From Callorhinchus milii (Eukaryota): 64,000 bases of DNA. Under the pieces are notes generated by a model. It did not search any database. It saw nothing but the letters and a program-made list of their open reading frames with translations, and was not told the DNA's origin. This document shows, piece after piece, positions 36,711 through 49,295 of this stretch; the first letter of the stretch is position 1, and each line of letters opens with the position of its first letter. The stretch spans positions 92,630,001 to 92,694,000 of the forward strand of contig NW_024704742.1 of the NCBI RefSeq assembly GCF_018977255.1, in the 5' to 3' direction. The translations under genes were made by a program, and so were the position numbers.

Positions 36711-37857
36711 CATATACGTCACATTTTAGATATCCATGCCATAATTCAAGAATGTGTCAGTGAAAAAGAGAGTTGTGTTTCAATACTACAGTAATTGGCA
36801 AAGCAAATCAGTCTCTCAATTAGATGTTCTGTTTAATTCGAAAATAGTACTTGTGTCGAATCTGCTGCACTGAGGTTGGAAGGAAGCTTTCTTTCACACA
36901 CCCCTTCCAAAAAAAAGTGAGGTTTGCTTAAAAAAAATGAGCTAATTTTAAAACTTCTCGTGTTGTTTTCAACCTCTACACTTGTTAGCTGCTATCTCCC
37001 AAAACTTGTAAATCCTTTGAAAGCGATCTCTTTAAAGGTTTCAAAATTCAGTGAAAGTTGACGACCCTCTTCTGTATATTTGGAAAGTTTTCATTGTTCA
37101 GTGATGCGCCGTGACGAGCTAGAGAAAGGATCAAAGTTTCCTAGCAACTAATACCAGGAGTGATGTAAAGCCAGATTTGGCGGCTCATTGTGTTAGCACT
37201 GCTGGTCAGTGTTGCAGTGTGGTTGTGCAGTGACGAAGGCTGAGCAAAGTAGAGCCAGAAAAGAATTGGAGGAAAATGTGAATTCAATCTTTTGTTCTGA
37301 AAACTAGATGAAGATTTCTTCCGAGAACTAACTAATTGCTTGCAGCGTACGGATCACAGTTTACAAGGAGACAGATTAGCAGCAGATATGAATGGTGCTA
37401 CTTTCTCAGATATGTTGTGAAATATGTAGAGTTTAAATTGTGCACATTGGAAGTGGATACGTTTGGTTCCGTAGTGCAGTTATGGTTACCATGAAAGATG
37501 AATATCTGTAGTCTAGGATTGATGCAATGTTTGGCCTTGGCTTTGAGTTCTCTGGAGAAACTCGATTAGATTCTTCAACATTAAAATACAGATCACTTTT
37601 TTTCCCCGTTAGACTGTCTCAATTTTGACCTTCCTGTACTGTACTTCCTAGAAATGTAGTTCTTGTATTGCTGAGCCTATAACTGACCTTCAACACTAAC
37701 AGTAACTTGAATTTATATAGCGCCCTTCACACTGGGTAGCTTATCGGACATCAGTAAAAGTTTGGCGGTCAGAAGCAAAGCGACTATTAAACTGCTGTTG
37801 AGGTAACCTCAATTACCCGGAATTTTGTGGTGTAGCAGCCCATGCTGTTGCTGATGA

Positions 37858-38050
37858 TAATAATAATAATCCTTGCATTTGATATAACGCTTTTCACGTC
37901 TTCTAGATATCTTAAAGTCCTTCACAGTATGTACTGTAAAGTGGAATTGACTATATTTGTGGGCAAAACGCGCAGCCAATTGCGCACAGCAGTGTCCCAC
38001 AAACGGTTGTTAATTGAAGTGACTATTTTTTCTTGAGGGATTATTATCAT
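37858..38050 (-). mobile_element. 5'-truncated DeuSINE
   Basis: (AAT)n tail and Deu core; ends in an AT-rich (ATT/AAT) tract. Confidence 0.85.
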
Positions 38051-38154
38051 TATTATAATAATAATTATTAATAATTATTTATTATTATTGTTCCACTTCC
38101 AGTTGAAGCAGCTCAGTAATCAAATGTGCTGCAAGTTAATGTGCTTTGTTAAAA

Positions 38155-38615
38155 TCTGTCTGATGTTAGCTTGGTTCAGTCAGTACACATTCTCTCCTCG
38201 GCGTCAGGAGGTTTTGGGTTCAAGCCATGTGTTGGGATTGATAACTCATATAGTCTATGCTGACACTCCAATGCAATACTGGGGGTGTTTTGGATCCTTC
38301 GGGCAAAAATATTAAACCGAGGTCTCACCTGCCTGTGTAGATGGATGTTAAAGATCCCATGACACTATATGAAAAATGAAGGGAGTTTCTTTCGCTGTCC
38401 TGGCCAACAAACCCCCAGATAACATTGGTCATTCACTAAATATAATAATAATCCTTGCATTTGATAGAGCGCTTTTCTCAGAATAGACTGTACAGTGAAT
38501 TGACTGTATATTTGTGTGCGAATGGTTGTTTGTAGGACATCGCTGTGTGCAAATTGTTCCATTACAAAAAAAATGCTCATTAGTCCTCTTGACCTGAATG
38601 GTGCTATATCAAATG
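38155..38615 (+). mobile_element. Old DeuSINE interrupted by an antisense truncated young SINE (38443-38515)
   Basis: gggttcaagcc...gctgacactccaatgcaatactggg...ttaaaccgaggtctcacctgcctgtgtagatggatgttaaagatcccatgacactat; resumes at gttgtttgtaggacatcgctgtgtgcaaattg. Confidence 0.8.
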
Positions 38616-38730
38616 TAAAGGTTGTATAAGTTATAATTGTATCTTGTTTCAATTTTTTGTGATTTTCATTGAGGAATCATTTCAAAACCCATTCCACACA
38701 TTGTGGGTACTGGACCTGATTCCATTAGAG

Positions 38731-38992
38731 CAGGGTGGTCTCCAAACGTTCGATTGCTAGGTGGCATCTCGCTCATGATCAATAAAAACAATAGGAAGGA
38801 GCAATATTTACTGCAGTTCAAACATTAAAGTTTATATTTTACAAGTTTATATTCAAGATATATGAAAAATTTTGGTCACCTGATTTCATTTTCAATTTGA
38901 CTCAACAGCGCAGTTCTATCGCTCCTTCCTCTTGCCTTTTTGATCACATGCGAGAGTGCACCTAGTGCAGGTCGACCGGTTAGAGACACCTG
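38731..38992. mobile_element. hAT-type non-autonomous DNA transposon (262 bp)
   Basis: Imperfect TIRs cagggtggtctccaaac / ggttagagacacctg; 8-bp TSD cattagag (38723-38730) / catcagag (38993-39000). Confidence 0.75.
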
Positions 38993-39771
38993 CATCAGAG
39001 TCTAACTAGAGCTACTCACTCTAGGACCAAAATGAAAACTTCCTTCATGTTGTCTGACCAGCAGTTCTCAATATTATTTAGCGATTCACCTCACAGTTAA
39101 ATTGCTACAACGCTTTGCATGTGTTTTTAAAAACAAAGACAGTCACTACACTTGACAGTAATCAAGTGCTTTGAGATGTTTTGCTATATAATTTGCTATA
39201 AGAATGCAGGCCTTTCTTCCATTGAACTCCAGAATGAGTTGTTTCAGGAATGGGGCCAATGATTTGAGGTGTGTTTTCAGCCAATTTGGAGTCCAGTCTA
39301 GGCACACATTAGCTGAGTTTTGTTACTTAGTATTCCAACAGGTTGTTGAATTTGGCAAATTAATATTCAAAAGGGGCCATTGGATTTGTACACTAAACAG
39401 GGAGATTGAGGCAGTCAGCCTAGGTACAATTCAGAATTGTCCCAGAGGCAACAGGGCAGCGTTCCCAACCCATTTGCACGTAGTTCCCACTTCAATGTCT
39501 TTCTAAATGGTTTTAAGCCGTCTTTTCATTGTCCATTTTTCCCTCCGTGTCTGCAGCTTACAAATCTGCTCACCATTCATTATAGGTGGTGGAAGGGCAG
39601 TCAGAAACTATGAAACGCTTTGCATTTGAGATATTTTCATGAAGTTCTGAGAGGGACCTTCAAGGTTATGTGGTTCGCACAAAGCAGAGTTGATTCCCTG
39701 GTATAACAAAGGACTTGTGTAGATGTATGAGTAAATCCTATGAACAGTGCACTTTCCCTTTTGCTAACTGC

Positions 39772-39806
39772 CCCCCCCCACCCCCCCCACCCCCCCCCCC
39801 CCCCAC
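39772..39806. repeat. Poly-C tract (interrupted by single A's)
   Basis: Runs of 8-15 C separated by single A's. Confidence 0.9.
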
Positions 39807-41710
39807 AAAGTTTAGAGGTTGGTTGTTTATAAAGTGTTGTTCCTGTAAACAAAATTGAATCATTAGATTCAGAGACAAATTGCATATGAAAAGAGAGATC
39901 TTGCATTTTACAGGATGTTTGATGAAGCAAGTACAAATGGTTTACATGAATTATAGTCGCTCTTTGAATGGGGTGTCTGATGTGAATGAAGCTGGCTCCA
40001 AGGTGACCTCTCTAGTAGTCTCAGTAATCTATTGCCTGCTTTGGACAGGATCACAACTCCAAGACACTGTTAATTAAGTCTCATCATTAGAAGGCTTTGG
40101 AGCAGCAGATCAGTCACTGGAGATTGGGATTCTTCCCACTCATGCAAACTGCAAAGCAAAAAGCACTAATGGTCAGGTGGTCCTAGCTGGACAAGTATCA
40201 CGATGCTTACCAATGTTCAGAATCACAAAACTGTGCTGTTTTAGCAGGTTGAACTCCAGCAGTATCCCAATGTACACTGGGGTCTCCCAAGTCTTTTCTC
40301 TTGCCAACCTGTGCCCAAATCCTCCAGGATTGGGTAAACTCTGAGGGAAGAGTACGTAGTTACGATCTTTAATTTCCACCTGAGCAACCAGATGAGACCT
40401 TGGCTTAACATCTCATTGGAAGGACAGCATGTTCAGCAATACACGGACACTTATTTTGGTGCAGTGTTGTGCAGAACGATTCTGCTCTTCTTGAGCGGGT
40501 TTGCAAAACAGATTTTTGCGGCTAAAGAATAGTAGCCATGGTTTCATTTATAAATTACAGACTGTAAATACCGACTGTGCCGCTTGCTTAGTGAAGACGT
40601 GAGAAATTCTGCAGCGTGTGTGTGTCTTCTGAAAAGCTTTATTTATACACTTTACAGTGAATGTCTGTGGGCACTGAAGGTGTTTCATTGACCATTGCTT
40701 ACCTTTAAAAATACAGAAGTTGTGACGTGCAGTGAAAGGTAGGCTATTTGTACATAAGAATGCAGTGACTTCCCATTTCTGCTTTGACATTGCGGGCAGG
40801 TAAGGTGCAACTTTCCACCCTTTAAGATTATTATTAATTCTATTTGGAAACAGCAGAAAATCTGCAGATGGGTTAACTCCCTCCCACTGCCCTCCTGGCA
40901 ATATTAGCAGAGGTGCAAGAACAGGTCACAGCCCCACTCTTGCTGCCTTGGCAGTTTAAACTGATATTCCATCTTCCATTGGAGCAATCAGAGGCGCAGC
41001 TGAACTAAGACAAATGACACAGAGAGAAAAAAATATCTTAGAGGGTTTTTTTTCAGAAAAAAAGAGTTGCCTAATTCCCAAGTTTGCTGCTTCATCAGGC
41101 GTTGAGTTGCGATTTCATTATGAGTCTTGGCATACGCTTATGTATGCGACGCCCACAGCATGTTTTAGCTATTTAGCTGTTCTGCTCACCGCTCAGTCGC
41201 AGAGTTTTTGGCAACTGCACCGAAGGTCTTGACTTAACTCTCTTAGCTTTCTATCCAGATGCTCCTATTCATCCATTCTCCATTCAGATGACCCATGGAA
41301 CTCCTTTGTTGCCCTGTAGCCTTTCAAAAACTGTTTTGTTTCCACATGTTTTGTATTGCAGTCAGTGCTCTTTTCTCTGCTTCTCGCTTTACTTTGGATT
41401 TAGTGCCAGTCATCTGCAACTTGGTAGGTCTCCTGTTCATAAATTGCATGGTAACCACATCTGGGTTTGTTACCTTTTCCGAGATTTAAAATGTGTGTGA
41501 GTGGGGTGGTGGTGGTGCGCTGTAGAGAGAGTGTGTGTGTGCGCTCTTCATGCACATACACTTGCACTCACACCTACACTAAAACCATGAGCCAGTTGGC
41601 AAGCTTTTTCAAGAGGAAGTTAAAATGGTGGAATGTATTTCAATCATTTTAGTTTATATTTTAAACTGTAAGGATTGCTATTCCCAGAATCGTTCACTTT
41701 CCCACTTTTA

Positions 41711-42034
41711 TAATAATAATAATAATCCTTGCATTTGATATAGCGCTTTTCAAGTCGGGAGGACGTCCCAAAGCGCTTCACAGAACACACTGTAAAGTGA
41801 ATTGACTGTATATTTGTGGGCGAACACGGCAGCCAATTGCGCACAGCAATGTCCCACAAACAGTCGTAGATTGAAAATGACCAATTTATTATTGTTTTTG
41901 GTTTTGGAGGGATTATTATTAGGCTCTGTGTGGAGTAAGGAAACTTGCCCAAGGTTTCGCCCTCTGCCTGGAATTGAACTCAGGTCTCTCGCTTGCAAAG
42001 CGAGTGCTCTAACCACTGAGCTACAGGACTCCAC
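41711..42034 (-). mobile_element. Full-length young DeuSINE, short form (acagagcc/gcagaggg subfamily)
   Basis: Near-perfect reverse complement of 3876-4212. Confidence 0.95.
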
Positions 42035-44714
42035 GAATATAAGATCCAGGAGGTAGTGTTAAATTGTATCAAGTATTTATTTGGCTGCAATTGAAGTTTT
42101 CCATCCAGTTTGGGACAGCTCATTTTACAGACTGGTCATCACAGCCATAGAATGAGTGGAGTGACTGTGTTGTGGGCGAAGATACAGGTCTTGAAAAGTG
42201 TTGGCAGGAGCCCAGAAGAGTGGGGGGTGGAGGAGTGAAGAATTTGGATAAGTTTTTGAAAATTATGAAAGGTTTGGTTGGGCAAATAGATTAGCAGATC
42301 TATAACAACAGGGTATACATAAAAGATTATCAAAGTCGAGAGAAAGCAGGAGTTATTTTAACATAGGCTGTTAGAATGTTTTTGAAGATGAGTGCATAAA
42401 AATCACTTAATCGGCAGACTACTGGGAGAAAGTTTCAGATCCACCCTTTTCGAACAGCTGCCGCGGTTTATCATAGAGCAAGTGTGGACAAGACGTGCTT
42501 GTTCAGGCAGTGGTTTGTAGACTTTTGACAAATGCCAAGAATAGAAGTGTAACCCTGAATATGGATCCAGCAATGCTGGGTGCCTGGAATGGCTCAGAAG
42601 TAAGGCTTGCATGTCGTGAACAGAGTAATACTCTTCTGCTTGTACCTTTTTCTGGCCTTTGTGAACCTTCATATTGTTTCTTTCCTGGAAAATATTTAGT
42701 GTTCTCCCACCACCAGTGCAAATTCAAATGAAAATGAAGATAGCAACTTAATGGCAATATCACATTCCTTATCTTCTCTCCTGGTTGGGATACTGTACAT
42801 GCCGGAGAGGAATTCCAGTGACATCACTGGGTAATGCAAGCAGCTGTTTGCGAGAATCTCTGTAACTACCCTCTGGATTTATGTGACACGCATTTTTGTT
42901 CTTCATCCAATTTGGTTTATTTAATCAAAGCTGCCTGAACTCACAATTATTGTTGAAGTTGCTAATTTTCCCGAATGTAAAGGGACTCCAGTAGAAAGCA
43001 AGAGTAATGCTGCTCAGGTTCACTCAGCCTCTGAGACATTGTAAATTGGCAAAGTTTGTGGAGCTGAATTTTAAGCTGTCACTTTTTATTTTTGCCTCCG
43101 CTCTGCTCCTACTCCAGAACATCTCAGCCACGACTTTACTGCACTTGGGTCTGTCGGTGAGTGGTGGGGGGTGGGGGGGGAACAGGAGATCTGAACCAAT
43201 GTCAATAAAGGGAGTCAAGTCAAAGACTTGATGGAAAGGCTGCCTGCTGGTCATTAAAGGGTCAGTGGGTCAAATTAATGACCCCACTACCTGTTGTTCT
43301 CTCTATTTTCTATTGATTGCAGTGCTGTTGGGAGCAGAAATCCAACCAGTCTTAAAGTTGCTTCTCTCCTTGCCATGGTTCATGGATCCTGACATCTCCA
43401 GTGCGACAGGATAGCAGTTGCAAGTGGTGGAAAGAGTCAAAATTAAAAATGAAGCAATTTTACTCCAGGAGGGGCATTACTTTCTCTTGTGTGTGGGAAG
43501 GGAGTGGGGGGGAAACACCTGTATTTTTCTAGCTCTTTTCACCTAAAAGAAACCGTCTTAAAATGTGACTGCCGATTAGTCGATGAACTAAAGTACAAAC
43601 TGTGTCCCTCCTGTTTTATGTCGGTTTGATGGGTACCCATCTCATGTTCGCCTATTTCTCTTTCAGACCCTGCTTTACACGTCTGCATGTTTCAAACGAT
43701 TCCTGCTCATTTTTAATCCTCTCTTTGACTCCATTTTGAATATATTAAGTGACATAATCTCTTCATGCAGAACGAGGTACAGCAGCATTCTCTTTATTTG
43801 AAGTGATCGGGTGTAAAAGGAGGTGCCACACACGATTGTGCGTTCTTAAGACAAATTTGATCATTGACAGTAACTTGTATATGGGAAGGACTGGTGTGCA
43901 GTGCAACGATTCTGAAGGACAGCGCGGTTTAGTGGACGGAAGAATAGGCTACTGAAAATAGACTGGACTATGAGGTATTCTAAAGACAGAATTTGCATTT
44001 TTATAGCCATGTTAAGTCAAAACATTTCCAAGTGCTTCACAAGGAATTGCTGTTCAGTTCTTGTTTTTGAAGCCCAAAGCAGCAGCCGTTCTATCATCTC
44101 ACAGTGCTTCAAATAGCTATTAGGCGATTGACAATTTCTGGAGTAATTAAGAACGGGGTACTGGAAGGCCCTTCTCTTCTTGAATGTGTCACAGGAAAGT
44201 TTTAGGATCTTCAAAGTCCATCTGAATAGGACAGGATCTTGGTTTAATGCCTCCTCTACAGAACGGTGTCTCTGTCGTTGCAGTGCTCACCCAATATCAG
44301 ACAGGAATGACAACCTGGATTATGAGCGTAAAATCTCTACAGTTGTGCGATTTGTATGTGAAAATGGTCTGTTCTGTTTTGTAGTGGAGCACAGCCAGAT
44401 GTGGGTGTGGTGCATTCTAAAGTAAACCGGTTTATAATTCTATATCTTGTTTACATAATTACTGTTGTATCTTGAAATGCGTATTCAGGTAGTTTCCTGA
44501 ATGCATTTCATGGCCACCTGTTTTATTGTTTACTATCAATAATAGTATAATTATGCATAATTAATAATCAACCCAATAATAAAATAATACAATATTTATT
44601 ATTAAAAACAATAATACATTTTACATTTGATATAGCACCTAATCGTGTCTTGGAAACATCTCAAAGGATTCAGGGATTCACATATAGACTAGTGATGGTA
44701 TTTATGCAGCCGAA

Positions 44715-45265
44715 TTATTTACCCAAATGCAGCCGAAACCATTGTGCATGCTTTTGTCACCTCCTGCTTGAATTACTCAAATGCACTCCTCACTGTTCTC
44801 CCCAGCTCCACTATTCAAAAAATCCAGCTCATTCAGAACTCTGACGCCCACATACTGACCCAGACCAAACTCTGTGCCCCCATCTCACCAGTTCTGGCCA
44901 GGCTCCACTGGCTCCCCATCACCAAGTGGATTGACTTCAAGATCCTCACACTCATTCATGTTCAAATCCCTTCACTTTCTGGCACCTCCCTACCTCTCCG
45001 ACCTCTTTGACTGGCACCGGCCTCCTGCTCATCTCTCGCACCCTCCGCCCTACTGTCGGAGGTCGCACTTTCAGCCACTATGCCCCAAAACTCTGGAACA
45101 CTCTCCCTCAATCCCTTTGCCTTACCCCCTCTCTCCCCTTTTTCAAGTCCCGCCTGAAAACCTTCCTCTTTGACCGTGCTTACGGCCACCTCCCGCCCAA
45201 ACCCCACCCCAGCCCGGAGTTAGGCTCTGCCATTTTAAAGTGCTCTGAGATGCTGCCCAGTTGTT
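44715..45265 (+). mobile_element. L2 LINE 3' fragment
   Basis: HAFVTSCLNYSNALL...IQLIQNS...ISPVLARLHWLPITKWIDFKIL and RTFSHYAPKLWNTLP...FKSRLKTFLFDRAY. Confidence 0.9.
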
Positions 45266-45647
45266 GTTTATAAGTGAACCTTGCAGCCAATTTGCAAATG
45301 GTAATGTACTGCACACAGCCATGAAGTAAGTGAATGATCAATTTTATCCTTAGGACTAAAAAAGAAACACCCATGTGTTTCATGCATCTGCCCATAATTA
45401 AGTTCTTACTAATGTAAGAGTTGTGCAGCTTTGATGGGAATGTTTTATTTGGTTGTTTTTTGTACTATAGTGTCTTTTTCTTCCCCCCCCCCCGCCCCCC
45501 ACATAAGTTTTGTAAAATTATTATCGTGACTCATGGCAAACTTGAGCAATCTGGACTAGGAATGCAGTAGACTGTGTAAGCTAATAACAAAGCACAAACC
45601 AACCGTAGCAAAAAAATGACCAATAAATCAAACCATAGTCCTGTAAA

Positions 45648-46325
45648 TGTGTCAGCTTTGCTCAGTTGGTGGTAGTCAGAAGGGTGTAGCTTCAAGCCCC
45701 ACGTTGGGAGTTTGAACTCGTGCTACATTGTTGGAGGTGCTGTCTTTTCGATGAGATGTTAAACTGAGGTCCTGTCTGCCTGTTCAGATGGATGTTAAAG
45801 ATCCTTATGGCAGTTATTTAATAATAATAATAATAATAATCCTTGCATTTGATATAGCGCTTTTCACGTCGGGAGGACGTCCCAAAGCGCTTCACAGAAT
45901 AGACTGTAAAGTGAATTGACTGTATATTTGTGGGCGAACGCGGCAGCCAATTGCGCACAGCAATGTCCCACAAACAGTCGTAGATTGAAAATGACCAATT
46001 TATTATTGTTTTGTTTTGGAGGGATTATTATTAGGCGTGTGGAGTAAGGAAACTTGCCCAAGGTTTCGCCCTGCCTGGAATTGAACTCAGATCTCTCGCT
46101 TGCAAAGCGAGAGCTCTAACCACTGAGCTACAGGATGGGGTTTCTCTTGGTTTTGTGGCAGACAAACCCCCAAATACAGTCACTCATTTTATGGTTTTGT
46201 GTGGGACATTGCTGTCTGCAAATTGGCTGCTGCAAATACAGTCAATTCCACTTCACAGTGAGATCCTGTGAATCACTTTGAGGTGTCTCAATTATGTGAT
46301 AAGGCATTATATCAAGTGCAAAGAA
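45648..46325 (+). mobile_element. Old SacSINE1-like DeuSINE hosting an antisense young SINE
   Basis: gtgtcagctttgctcagttggtgg...ttggaggtgctgtcttttcgatgagatgttaaactgagg...; resumes after 46135 with the Deu core and tail. Confidence 0.8.
45820..46135 (-). mobile_element. Young DeuSINE, short form, nearly full length
   Basis: (AAT)n tail through cactgagctacagga. Confidence 0.95.
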
Positions 46326-47834
46326 TATTAAGTGTGGAAACGGTGCCTTGCACTAAATTTGCTTCGCATCTGTTGATGAACCTCGCGACCATTGACACCT
46401 ATTTACCAACATATTATATGTTATATCCCTGGTTACATTTGTTATTGGTTAAATAACAAATCTCGTCTTCTCAGTAATTTTCAAAATCAGATGAGATGGT
46501 AAATCCTATTCTGCTTCTCAGGTGTGCTGTGGATATCAGAAGTTTGGTGGCTTTTGTTTTTTGATGGGTTGCGGTGGGGGTTGCTGAGTTTGTTTAGAAA
46601 TCTTAGACTTCAGACCTATGGTCGTGGAGATAGATCAGTTCGCTAGTTTAAGATTTATAGCTCTGCGATGCTGAACCTTGACAAATTAGATTTGTGAGTT
46701 TTTTTTTCAAAAATATCCTTTTTCATGTACTGCTACAGGATATGTTTCCTAAAGGCTGGTGACACTGCTGTGCTGTCTTATAATCAGGAGAGGAGGAATT
46801 TACTGCGAGTAGCTTGTACTCGGTCTGGTAAGAGACCGAAGTTGAGCGGTCAAAGTCCATGGAGTGGAGTCTGCTGAGATTAAGAAGGGAAATAGGGACA
46901 GCCCCAATGGTGTAGTGAACAGAGCTGCGGCTTGTGGGCCAGGAACTCACTGGTTCGAATCCCGGGTTTGTGCTGAATTTGCTGGACTCAGCTCGGACTA
47001 CTTGGGAAGGTTAAATTCCTGGGCCTTCCCAGGATCAGGGAAAGGGGAAACAACCAGGATTCCTGTTCCCTCATCAAAACATGTATGGCGACTAGGTTGG
47101 GAAAGCACAGGCAAGTTTCTAGGTGGACGGGTAAGTGAGAAGCATGTGACCCCTCTCTACAGTCGAGTGGAGGAGGATGGAGAATGTGGAGTGGGAGGAG
47201 GAGGAGTTATCCACAGTGAGTATTGTACTGAGGACCCATCTCGTTCAAGAAATGGCAGAGGACAAATAAGGAGATTGTGGAAGAAGATGAGGAGGGCATA
47301 TTTGGAGATAGAAATGAAGAGATAAAATGGAGAGACAAGAGGTCTGTATATGAAAGGAGTGGGTGAGCAAGAGGAGTTGATGTGTGTTGCAATCAGCTTT
47401 CCCAAGAATCTGGCATTCTGGTTTGGAATAGCAATATATTTATGAGCCAAAGTTCTAGGGATAGTTAAGGCTGGTGCCCAGAGTGCACCACAGGATGGCA
47501 TCTTCCTGGTGTTTCCAATCTGTATTTCTTCAAATGACAGCAGCTTGTGGTCAGCCTGCCTGCAGAGGATCTGCTTATGATTTAAGCTTTTGTTTTGAGA
47601 TTCAATGTGTACAGTGGGATTGTTCTGTGAAATCGATGCACATTTCTAATTGTAATTGATGTGGGTGGCTTTTAATCTTTTTATTCCAGTTTTAGCATTG
47701 TGCATTTGCCTGCAAATTTTTCTTTGTGGTCAGTACTGTCGCGCAAGCTTCCTGCTACTTGTCTGGTCAGGACCACCCTACTTGTTGGGGCTTTGGCTTG
47801 CAGGATTAAAAGGAGCCTTGAGGGAAGAATGAAC

Positions 47835-48062
47835 AGCCAGGTTGACTGGTCTGGACACTGGGATAAGCTGTTCTATCTTTTCAATTAGTGCCATTGGGTC
47901 TTCAACATGGACCTGAACAGGTACACAGGACTCAATTTAACACCTCATTTGAAGGTTGGCACCTCTTATAATGTACTGTATTAAAGTGTCAGCATAGACT
48001 AGATGTGTTCCAAGACCCGACATTTAGAGAATCGAGTGCTACCAACTGAGCCAGGCTGACGC
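47835..48062 (-). mobile_element. Old DeuSINE 5' half
   Basis: gtgccattgggtcttcaacatggacctgaacagg...gtgtcagcatagac...gagtgctaccaactgagccaggctgac. Confidence 0.75.
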
Positions 48063-48229
48063 ACCTGGGAACTGAAGCCATGATCCCACCTCCTAACCTG
48101 TTCCCTTGCCCAGTTTCACATTTGTCAAAAGAGTCTTGTGGTACTTCATCTGGATAGAAGTGACCATCATTACTGGTTGGAACCTGTGGCATGGAGGTTT
48201 ACTTTGAAAAACACTCCATATACTCTGTC

Positions 48230-48595
48230 GTGAAGTTCTGTAGTTCAGTGGTTAGAACACTTGCCTCACAAGTGAGAGACCTGGGTTCGATTCCCGGCAG
48301 GTCGAAATGTTGGGCAAGTTTCCGTACTCTACTCGCCTCTTTACCGAGCAAGTAAGTAGGGACCTGGTTGTTAGTCGATTGACGGATGTCTTTCTGGGGT
48401 AATAATTCCTTTTTTTTAAAAAATTGGTCACTTCAATCCACGAGTGTTTGTGGGACACTGCTATGTGCACTTGGCTGCTGCGTTTCACCCACAAAATATA
48501 CAGTCCATTCACTTTACATTATATTCTGTGAAGTGCTTTGAGACGTCTCGAAGACGTGAAAAGCCGCTATATCAAATGCAAGGATTATTATTATT
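48230..48595 (+). mobile_element. Full-length DeuSINE, long form
   Basis: tagttcagtggttagaacacttgcctcacaagtgagagacctgggttcgattcccggcagg (canonical B box), CORE-like segment, Deu core, (ATT)n tail. Confidence 0.92.
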
Positions 48596-49295
48596 GCAGA
48601 GTAATTGTGTGTTGTGGAGATCTCACAGATCAGTACTAATGTTGTGTGACATGCAAAAAACACACCTGGTGTAAAACACACCTCAGTGGAAACTTTGGCT
48701 GATTGTGTTACCCTCTTTAAACCACAGCAAGCTGTTCTTGAGCCAAGCTCTGTGTTTTCGTGTTGTGCTTTGTAGATGTTGCAATGAATGTTGTGCTTTG
48801 TAGATGTTGCAATAAATGTAATGGTGTGAGTCTTGGGCATTGGTGTTGATGCATAGTGTAGTTCTGTACATCATGGGAAAACAGCATATGTTTGATAGTT
48901 GTAAAATGCTATTTGTGTCACCAATTTAACATGCAGAGCAAACCCATTTCTGCCTTCTGTTCGTGCCTGTGGATTCTGAAGTTAAACATTAAGACCTTTG
49001 AGGGGGGTTAGGTGGCACCGTAGACTGTGGGGGGGTGCTTTTAATTCTTTGAATGAGTTCATTTTATTTTCAAATTTAAAATAAATGTGTGAAAATACAA
49101 GATAATTTTGCATTGAAAACATTGAAAAATAGGAGGAGGCCATTCAGCCTATTGTAGCGATTCCACCAGGTTATTTGATGTCCTACCCTTTTGCCATACT
49201 CCCTAAATGCCTCCACTGCCCAAATATCTATCTGACATAGAAATGTGAAGTGATACATTTTGGGGGGAAGAATGAGGAGAGGCAATATAATCTAG

